From Bdellovibrionota bacterium (GTDB lineage: Bacteria; Bdellovibrionota_C; UBA2361; JBIKUX01), in the NCBI GenBank assembly GCA_044347345.1, contig JBIKUX010000006.1:1-64000 (forward strand): 64,000 nucleotides of DNA, given 5' to 3'. Positions 1 through 7,742 of the stretch are shown here, in pieces (the first letter of the stretch is position 1; each line of letters begins with the position of its first letter). The notes below the pieces were generated by a model. It had not been told where the DNA came from and searched no databases. It saw nothing but the letters and a program-made list of their open reading frames with translations. The translations under genes were made by a program, and so were the position numbers.

Positions 1-285
1 TGAAGTAAAACACCTAACATCGGTGTAAATGTGAGCTAGCGAACATTTACTCAACCCCACCCCAAGGGCAAATCATCAGTGACGGTTTTTGGCGGGCTGT
101 GGCGCAGACTGGTAGCGCGTTCCCTTGCGGGAGGTGTTTTTATTAACCGCGAAGCGGGTGAAGTAAAACACCTAACATCGGTGTAAATGTGAGCTAGCGA
201 ACATTTACTCAACCCCACCCCAAGGGCAAATCATCAGTGACGGTTTTTGGCGGGCTGTGGCGCAGACTGGTAGCGCGTTCCCTTG
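1..285 (+). repeat. 158-bp-period tandem duplication containing the tRNA-Pro leader and 5' half
   Basis: 1-127 is identical to 159-285. The copy carries the tRNA 5' half at 93-127 and diverges inside the anticodon loop. It may extend upstream of the window. Confidence 0.9.
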
Positions 286-324
286 GGGTGGGAGAGGTCG
301 GAAGTTCAAATCTTCTCAGCCCGA
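251..324 (+). tRNA. tRNA-Pro(GGG)
   Basis: Cloverleaf: acceptor CGGGCTG/CAGCCCG, D-arm GCGC..GCGC, anticodon loop TTGGGGT, T-arm GGAAG-TTCAAAT-CTTCT, discriminator A. CCA is not encoded. Confidence 0.95.
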
Positions 325-420
325 TTTATTAATATTTAGTTATTAATAGTCATGCTAATCTCGCACTGTCTAATGAAATAGGAAAAGAAACCAAGTGCAG
401 AGCCAAAAGATTATTTGCTC

Positions 421-651
421 TTAAGATATATGTCTAACTAGTAAAGCTGTGGTTCCTGATGGTGACAATCTATACTCAGCCATTCTTCTATTTTTAAATG
501 TAACAACAATCACATCTCCCTGTAGTACCGCAGATATTGCGCCATGCGCGAATATAAAAACTGCTCCTGAGCAGTTAGTGCGCCTGAGCTCAACATAGCC
601 ATTTCGTACAACAACATAAGGAGTGCCCTTGGTGCTACCACTGTTAGTCAT
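421..651 (-). CDS. small hypothetical protein
   Basis: 76-aa ORF with a GAGG RBS upstream; no recognised motif. Confidence 0.55.
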   Translation of the reverse strand: MTNSGSTKGTPYVVVRNGYVELRRTNCSGAVFIFAHGAISAVLQGDVIVVTFKNRRMAEYRLSPSGTTALLVRHIS

Positions 652-997
652 CGTGCCTCATCAGCAAATTGAGCATTTTTAACCACACCCTTTTAACATA
701 TATAGCTCGCATCTATAAAACCGCCTACAAAAAACCGAAAGGTTACTTCCAAGCAGAGACTTTAAGCAGAAACTGTTTTGTTTACGGTTCCCGGTAGTGT
801 GTCGGCGCTTAATTTAAACCTTAGCAAAACCATCTAGCTACACAGTGAATTAAATACACGGTGGATTAAATACGGTTAATTTGACAAAAAGGCCTTGGTG
901 AGTAGCACTATCCGAAAAAACTGATAAACCTAACGATTTTTATAAAATAGCGCTACTCAAAAACCAAGTTACAACCAATATTTTAAACATCCAATAT

Positions 998-1708
998 TCA
1001 TTGAATTCGACCATAACCACGAGCATTTACAAGCCTTTTAATTAATTCTTGATGGAGCTCACACCTTCCTTCTGGCGGATCTGTTTTTGGTAAAAATGCT
1101 GTATCTGCCACCCCCATGAATTCCCCCTTTATAGAAAAAGCAACGGGAGGTTCACCCCATGAGCGGAACAAAAGGTAATATCCAATAGCACCCATACAAT
1201 CAATTTCGCCATTGTTGTGCTTATAATTCTTACGAATTATTCTGCTAATTTTTTTATTTTGCTCTTTCTCAGGTAGCGAAGTGATACTACTTGCGATAAA
1301 GATAGAATAAGGATAAAAAAAACCATTTGTTTCATGAGACGAAACAATGGAGACTGCAGTAACCTCAGGAACATTAGGCACGGCATGCAAAAATGGCTTA
1401 AAGTCGGATTTATTGCAGCTAAGCGGCACACCGTATTTTACCCACGATTCATAGTCAATTTGGTCAGTAGTCTGAAAAAATACAAAAGCAAATGCATTTC
1501 TGCAAGGCGCGTAGCAGCTTTTCATTATAAGATGAATAAAAATACCAGGGCCAATTCCTTCGCGTAAAAATTCCTTTAAATGCCTCATCCCTCTAGTCGG
1601 ATTTGCATAGCCTATTGCTTGTAAAAAATCGGGTAGCTCTAAACCTGATGATTTAAATACTTCAATGAAAAATTGGCCAATAGGATAATTGGACTGAAGT
1701 TTTTTCAT
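998..1708 (-). CDS. hypothetical protein, paralog of 1772..2467
   Basis: GGAGGT RBS; shares SNYPxGQ, GYxN, FxPFxxAxP and MGxIxxYxLF blocks with its neighbour. Confidence 0.75.
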   Translation of the reverse strand: MKKLQSNYPIGQFFIEVFKSSGLELPDFLQAIGYANPTRGMRHLKEFLREGIGPGIFIHLIMKSCYAPCRNAFAFVFFQTTDQIDYESWVKYGVPLSCNKSDFKPFLHAVPNVPEVTAVSIVSSHETNGFFYPYSIFIASSITSLPEKEQNKKISRIIRKNYKHNNGEIDCMGAIGYYLLFRSWGEPPVAFSIKGEFMGVADTAFLPKTDPPEGRCELHQELIKRLVNARGYGRIQ

Positions 1709-1771
1709 GTAACCTCCATGACTATTTCACAATTTATGATTTTTTGAATTAGACGAGATATCGATATCGGC

Positions 1772-2467
1772 TCAACTAAGCTGTCGAACGTTTCTCAGTA
1801 AACGCGCAGCTTGTGCTGACGTTAAGGTCTTGCTCCCAATTTTAATAGTAGCATCTGCTACTGGTATAGCTTGATGCTCTTTTATTAGTTCACCATCAAC
1901 AGTTAGTCGCAAAGCCGATTCCCCATATTGAAGAAAAAGGTTGTAGCCAACGATCTTACCCATGAACAATGTACGACCCTCAGATTTAGCAAATGCCTCT
2001 TGTACTTGTTTTTTTAAGTACCACATCCGGTCAGGCAGCTCCCATTTATGAAAATCATCTGGAAGATAATGAGTGTATCGAGAGTGGCCACCAGTGAAAG
2101 CAAATAGAGATATCTGACTAGGAGCCTTTTCTTCGGGAATTGCCTGAAAAAAAGGTCGAAAGATTGCTTTATTTATCGCACTCTTAGCCTCTTCTGCTAT
2201 TTTTTCCTCCTCTTTAAGGATCGCTAAAGTCTGATTAATCGCTTCTTTAAGTCTGACAGCGTCAGGTGCTAGAGGGCTAGCACAGAGTCGGCCAATGAAA
2301 ACCTGATCTGGATAACCACCTTGAAGAATTCCATCAAAAGCCCGAACGCCATTGTTTAAGTTACGATAGCCTACAGCCAACACAAACCGCCCAATCGAAA
2401 GCTGCGATTTATACAAACACTCTAAGAGAAGCTGGCCTAAAGGATAATTAGATGTTCTATGAACCAT
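1772..2467 (-). CDS. hypothetical protein, paralog of 998..1708
   Basis: The ATG at 2467 is preceded by GGAGGT and aligns with the paralog's N-terminus. The ORF-track start at 2614 is probably too long. Confidence 0.75.
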   Translation of the reverse strand: MVHRTSNYPLGQLLLECLYKSQLSIGRFVLAVGYRNLNNGVRAFDGILQGGYPDQVFIGRLCASPLAPDAVRLKEAINQTLAILKEEEKIAEEAKSAINKAIFRPFFQAIPEEKAPSQISLFAFTGGHSRYTHYLPDDFHKWELPDRMWYLKKQVQEAFAKSEGRTLFMGKIVGYNLFLQYGESALRLTVDGELIKEHQAIPVADATIKIGSKTLTSAQAARLLRNVRQLS

Positions 2468-3023
2468 GATACCTCCACAAAAAGAAAAAAGGGGCATCAC
2501 GAAAGTCGGAATATCCTGTTTTTGAGAACTATCTGTTCCCCTCATCTCTTGCGTTTTCGCAAGAAACCACCGTGGCACAAAAACCCTGTGCTCGGTTGGC
2601 GTGGAAAAACCCACTTCCTGATGCTTTTTTAATTATACGAGGTTTAGGAGCAAAGTGTCTAGCAAAAAGATATACCACCTAAGTGATGAAAGATTACTAA
2701 AAATAAAAGTCCACCAAATTTTACCTTGAAATTTTAACTTATCCTGTCATTCCTCCCTGTCATTCCTCCAAGCTCCTTTTATTTAAGGATATATACCCAG
2801 ATATCCTTAAATATTATCCTTTGCTCGGTAAGCATTTTAAAGTTTTTACTCATAGATCACCTACAAATGTCTCAATATCATTCTTAATTTGAGCTTACAT
2901 TGCTACTAGGTCGATACCGGTCAATACTATTTGCATCTATCTATATTTAAGGGCTAAAAATATCAGCCCACACATCCAACTACTAAAATAATCTCTTCAA
3001 AAGCATTGTAATTTCGTTCTCAA

Positions 3024-3329
3024 ATGCTATTCCATAAGGCAAATCAATGTTCTGTCTTTGGAGACTTTTTAATTATGGCTAACTTAGCGCCCAATACCCA
3101 TAGCTATTCGTTTAAGGGGAAAGAGTACATATTACCGTTGGGTCACTTTGATACAAGAGAGGTAGGTACCGCATCCACCCAACATGCAGCACATGCGATT
3201 ATCATTAAAGGTGCTATTCAATATATGGAAAATCAAAATATCTCTGTAAATATGAATAAATTAAATACCTGGGGTGAATTTGTAACTCAAGCAATAGATA
3301 ATGGCTTTAGCTACATAAGCAATGAATAA
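3024..3329 (+). CDS. hypothetical protein
   Basis: 101-aa ORF. The start is probably internal (MANLAP, preceded by GGAG). Confidence 0.5.
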   Translation: MLFHKANQCSVFGDFLIMANLAPNTHSYSFKGKEYILPLGHFDTREVGTASTQHAAHAIIIKGAIQYMENQNISVNMNKLNTWGEFVTQAIDNGFSYISNE

Positions 3330-3348
3330 CTAATCCATCTAAAGAAAG

Positions 3349-3891
3349 CTAGCTTATTCGCAGTGGTAGTTTACTGAGTTTTCTTTGTAATGTTCTTCTA
3401 TGAAGGCCAAGTAATTTAGCCGCAGCACTAATATTTCCATTACAATCACCAATTACCCGATTGATATACTCCCACTCATTCTGTTCTAAAGAGGGTGTGG
3501 TTAGATAGTTCGTATTTGGTGCTTCAGTAAGATCGTCTCGTAAACATGCCACTATCACATCAATATCAACCGGCTTTGTAAGATAATGACATGCTCCATT
3601 TTTAATAGCCGAAACACTAGTTGCTATGGTACCGTAAGCGGTCAAGATAATTGCTCTACAGTGAGGAGACCGACTAAAAAGGTGAGGAAGGATATCTAAG
3701 CCTGATGCAGTACCAATCCTAAGGTCAATAACTGCAAATAATATTTCAGATTCTTCAGCAATAATCCGAAGAGCCTCAACAACGGAATCGGCTTCAACTA
3801 CAGTATACCCGCGTCGTATTAATGCTTTTGAGAGTCGCTTCCTAAAAATATCGTCGTCCTCTGCCACAAGAATATGATGACGTTTTGTCAT
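3349..3891 (-). CDS. regA: RegA/PrrA/ActR-family response regulator
   Basis: REC domain (EDD, IDL, LTAYG, KP) plus WEYI..GNISAAAKLLGLHRRTLQRKL Fis-type HTH. Confidence 0.92.
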   Translation of the reverse strand: MTKRHHILVAEDDDIFRKRLSKALIRRGYTVVEADSVVEALRIIAEESEILFAVIDLRIGTASGLDILPHLFSRSPHCRAIILTAYGTIATSVSAIKNGACHYLTKPVDIDVIVACLRDDLTEAPNTNYLTTPSLEQNEWEYINRVIGDCNGNISAAAKLLGLHRRTLQRKLSKLPLRIS

Positions 3892-3920
3892 TCTGTACCT
3901 CTAACTACATAAATCAGAGA

Positions 3921-5159
3921 CTATACCAAAGGTATTGATAAGACTGCTCGTGTACCGTGTCCCAGTGAGGAAGTATAATCTAATGAACCTCTCAACTGAC
4001 TTGCTACAAGGTCAGCGATATACGCACCAAGACCCATACCGTTTTGCTTGTTAGAATAAAACGGTTCTTTTATCCTAACTAAAGAAATCTCGTCCATCCC
4101 GACACCATAATCCTCTACAATAAAGCTGATACTTTCAGTAGTTAAGGCAACACTAAGCAAAACCTTCTTCAAAGGGTCAGTAGCCACTTCTTGAGCTTCA
4201 ATGGCATTTTTAAGTAGAGCTTTCAAAGCTATTACAATTGAATTAGATTGAACTGTGATTGTGGCTCTTTCATCAACAAAACTACAATCAACACGTTCCA
4301 TGATTCTATAATCACCACTTAAAACACTCGTTATAATTGACTTCACAGTTATCGCTTGAGGAGATTCACCCTGAATGGCTCCAGAGCCCTCACATAAATC
4401 GTGCAATATTCGCTTACATCGCATTACTTCATGTTGCAAGAGTGCTAAATCTTCCTTCATATCTACCGCTGATGCATATTCACCAGAGGTTAGGTCTGCT
4501 ACTACTAGAGCAATTGTGGCAAGAGGGGTGCCCAGACGATGTGCCGCATCGGTTGTGACTGTAGTAATAATTGCCAATTTTTGCTGAGCATTTACCAGTG
4601 CTTGAGCCCTCTCTTCTGAAGCTCGCTTCTCTCTTAGGATACGATCTAAAAAATACGCTACCAAAGCCGCAACCAAAAGATAAGCCCAAAACATTCCTGC
4701 AAGATGAGAAGATAAAATACTGCCCGCCTGAATATGGTGGCTATGTATAGCGTCAAGCGGTTTATGCCAAAAAAACAAACATCCGAACGAGAAAGTAGTA
4801 AAAACAGTTATACCCCAAGCCCACTGACTACCGAGGAGAACCGCTGAAAGCACCACTTGGACAAGATAAAAAATGCTGAATGGGTTGGTAGGACCTCCTG
4901 TTAAATAAAGCAGTGCAGTAATAACTACAACATCTAACACTAGTAGCGTACCAACTAAGTTTGAGCTTTTACTAGTCGAAATATTCGTGGTTATTAGTCT
5001 GAAGAGGATTTCACCTAACGGAAAAAACAATAGAACAATTATAAGCTCCTTAACTGGTAATCCTAATCCGCCTTCCCCCTGTGCAATAAAAATTAAAATA
5101 AGAGCCGTTATTCCTAAAAAAGCTAGACGCCTGAGTCTTAAAAACCATGATAAAGGCAT
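3921..5159 (-). CDS. regB: RegB/PrrB/ActS-family sensor histidine kinase
   Basis: TM domain with GGPTNPF (GGxxNPF quinone motif), H-box AAHRLGTPL, conserved RC, and N/G boxes. Confidence 0.9.
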   Translation of the reverse strand: MPLSWFLRLRRLAFLGITALILIFIAQGEGGLGLPVKELIIVLLFFPLGEILFRLITTNISTSKSSNLVGTLLVLDVVVITALLYLTGGPTNPFSIFYLVQVVLSAVLLGSQWAWGITVFTTFSFGCLFFWHKPLDAIHSHHIQAGSILSSHLAGMFWAYLLVAALVAYFLDRILREKRASEERAQALVNAQQKLAIITTVTTDAAHRLGTPLATIALVVADLTSGEYASAVDMKEDLALLQHEVMRCKRILHDLCEGSGAIQGESPQAITVKSIITSVLSGDYRIMERVDCSFVDERATITVQSNSIVIALKALLKNAIEAQEVATDPLKKVLLSVALTTESISFIVEDYGVGMDEISLVRIKEPFYSNKQNGMGLGAYIADLVASQLRGSLDYTSSLGHGTRAVLSIPLV

Positions 5160-5194
5160 ATAGTATCACTATTTGAATAAGCTCTTTAAGCGCC

Positions 5195-7735
5195 TTATTT
5201 ATCCGAGACAAGAATAAGTTTTTCCTTTCCGCGCTTCATCGCCTTTATACAAAGGTCAACATCTAATATGCTAAGACCTATTCTACTGACATCTTTACGA
5301 TTAATCTCATCCTGGATTTTCTCTGCTAGACGCGCTAAATCATTATATCCATACATTGATGCTACACCCGCGCACTCATGGGCTATTGCTTGAAGCCTCG
5401 GCCAATCATTTAAGCGGATAGCAGCTTTGAGCCGCTCAAGATAGACATCTAAACTATCCAAAAATTCAATAATTAACGGAACAAGTTCAGGAGACTCCTC
5501 AATTATAGTTGAGACTAAAATATCTTCAATATCGGATAAAATTAAAGTATCACTATCACTAAATAGCTTATTTTTATTGGTTGGTTCTTTAATATTGCTA
5601 ACATTGCTTGGAGATTTAGAATTCTCAAGATGATGCTGATGTTTAGAATAAACTCCGTGCTTGCCCTCCTTTTGTAAAGGCTCTCTAATCAAAGTTTGCA
5701 CTGCTAAATCCACTTTAGAGAGAGCAGCATTTATTCTCTTAGTTATTCCCTGAAGACATGCTGCTTCAAGTGCGAAAAAGTGCTCCTCAAGTTCCACTTC
5801 CTTATTTATAGAAGCTAAGTTAGCTAACTCCCGTGCCAAAGCACCAGTAGCTTTATAGTCACTATGACTTTCTGCATACAATTTCAGCAATTTGCATTGG
5901 TGCGCTAAAGAACCAAAAAAATTGTTATCGTTTAAATGCTTCTGCTCTGGTTGCTTATCATCATTACCAGGAGCAGCAAATATCTGTGACTGAAACGTAT
6001 TATATTCTTTAATTTTAGTAGCTTCTTCTACATCACCAATAGATTCTTTTAATGTTAAATCTAATGTAGTCGTAGGCACCTCACTCTGAGACTCAACACT
6101 ATAACTCCGTAAAACTCCTCCGACTGTATTCAGAGCTAAAACACGAGAAAGAGGCTTTAGTAAAATAGGTAGTGTTAAAAATGCATCGCAACCAAACTCT
6201 ATACATCGCTCAAGCTCAACTTGAGAGGGAGAACTAATGAGAGCTATGATGGGTGTTAACACCCCCATTTGTCGTAGTTGCTGAATAAATATTTTACCAC
6301 CCTCAAAAGACAGCTCTATATCTATGAATAAAAGGTCAAATTGCTTCTGATAAAGAGCTTGGCGCACTTCATCGCCTGTATGAGCCGAAGTAATATCGAG
6401 TTTGGTATGAGCAAGATATGAACGGAAGATCCTCTCATGAACTCGGTCTTTTATACCAATTAATACATTACCTGATAAACATCGATAAACCTCATCTAGA
6501 AGAGGATTCTTGTCAAAAATTGGGGGAATTTCCGGATTAACGAATTGTATCTCACCACTTCCAGGTATTTTTTTTGCTGGAATAGCTAACCTAGCTGTAG
6601 TACCTATATCTGGTATTGTTTCAATTAAGAACTCTCCACCGAGTGAACGAGCTACCCCAGAAATTACAGATAATCCTGTTCGTATAATACCATCATGTAG
6701 TAACACTTCCTCTATATGATCGCTTTTCTCAGGTATTACGCTAAACGATTTATTCGACTTTCTAAATATTGCTCCAGAACCAGTATCACAAGTACGAAGT
6801 ACTAAGATTTGTTGATTCTGGTCATAATCCACTCTAAGTTCTACTCGGCCATAAACGGTGCCAGACAGCGCATTGCATAAAATAGCTCGTAGTGCTTGGT
6901 GCAATTTAGCGCCATCAGAAACAATGCGTTTTGGAACAGGTCGGTCAAATCTAACAGCAAAATGTATTCCTTGTTGCTGAGCAATTTCAGCTATAGAACC
7001 TACAGATTCAAATATGATTCTTTCTAAATTTGTTATGCGTAATATAGCTGGTCGTCCTCCAGCTCCGTGCTCAACAGCCTCAGCAAGATCAGAAAACGTA
7101 TCCACGCAATAGTCGCTCTTAAACTGAATATGACGAAAAAATAACTGCCTATCACTCTCCGACAAAGCAAGATAATTTGATTCCTCTAATGTCGCCCTAA
7201 TAATTGTAGAGGCCCACCTAAGTTCTCTCTCAGCTCTTTTGACAATTGCTTTAAGAACAGGGTCAGAGCATGGCTGTAATAAACTACTACTTTTACTCTC
7301 TTTTGTTTCTAAAATAGATTTAAATGTCGGTTTATAAAAACGGCAAATTCCACTCAGAAAAGACACCAATTCAATAGGTTCAAAGGGTCTCACTAAAAAA
7401 AATATACCCGTTTCAGCTACAACAAAAGGATCTAGCTCACTAAGTTCCTCCTTACTAACTGTAACAAGAATCGGTAATGAGGTGCGCTCAACAATTGATC
7501 TGAGCTCATCAAGAGTTTGATTATCTAAGACATCATCAACGGGTCGAAACCAAAAAATACCTCTTAGATCAGAAGATTCAAGCTTGATAAAACTATCTGA
7601 TATCGAACTACAAAAAGAGAATTCAAATCCAAAACGTTCGCCAAACTCTAAAAAATATCTATCTAAATTAGGGTCATCTCTTACCACAAGAATGGTAAAA
7701 GAAAATGACTTAGCGGTAGTAATACTGGAATCCAT
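5195..7735 (-). CDS. degenerate hybrid histidine kinase (REC-like, HisKA/HATPase-like, REC, HPt)
   Basis: DGAKLHQAL..NA, DTGSG and GTTARL HATPase remnants, a REC with FID, and a C-terminal HPt AHECAG. The H-box reads RELRW. Confidence 0.75.
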   Translation of the reverse strand: MDSSITTAKSFSFTILVVRDDPNLDRYFLEFGERFGFEFSFCSSISDSFIKLESSDLRGIFWFRPVDDVLDNQTLDELRSIVERTSLPILVTVSKEELSELDPFVVAETGIFFLVRPFEPIELVSFLSGICRFYKPTFKSILETKESKSSSLLQPCSDPVLKAIVKRAERELRWASTIIRATLEESNYLALSESDRQLFFRHIQFKSDYCVDTFSDLAEAVEHGAGGRPAILRITNLERIIFESVGSIAEIAQQQGIHFAVRFDRPVPKRIVSDGAKLHQALRAILCNALSGTVYGRVELRVDYDQNQQILVLRTCDTGSGAIFRKSNKSFSVIPEKSDHIEEVLLHDGIIRTGLSVISGVARSLGGEFLIETIPDIGTTARLAIPAKKIPGSGEIQFVNPEIPPIFDKNPLLDEVYRCLSGNVLIGIKDRVHERIFRSYLAHTKLDITSAHTGDEVRQALYQKQFDLLFIDIELSFEGGKIFIQQLRQMGVLTPIIALISSPSQVELERCIEFGCDAFLTLPILLKPLSRVLALNTVGGVLRSYSVESQSEVPTTTLDLTLKESIGDVEEATKIKEYNTFQSQIFAAPGNDDKQPEQKHLNDNNFFGSLAHQCKLLKLYAESHSDYKATGALARELANLASINKEVELEEHFFALEAACLQGITKRINAALSKVDLAVQTLIREPLQKEGKHGVYSKHQHHLENSKSPSNVSNIKEPTNKNKLFSDSDTLILSDIEDILVSTIIEESPELVPLIIEFLDSLDVYLERLKAAIRLNDWPRLQAIAHECAGVASMYGYNDLARLAEKIQDEINRKDVSRIGLSILDVDLCIKAMKRGKEKLILVSDK

Positions 7736-7742
7736 TGTTGCC

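Noticed and set aside
93-127. Second tRNA gene, intron-split tRNA or prophage att site
   Set aside because: It is only a 5' half with no T-arm, the downstream tRNA is complete on its own, and no integrase is visible in the window.
2468-2614. N-terminal extension of ORF 1772..2614
   Set aside because: The RBS and the paralog alignment favour the ATG at 2467.
2743-2808. CCTGTCATTCCTCC doublet and AAGGATAT/ATATCCTT hairpin
   Set aside because: Short and isolated, with no supportable function.
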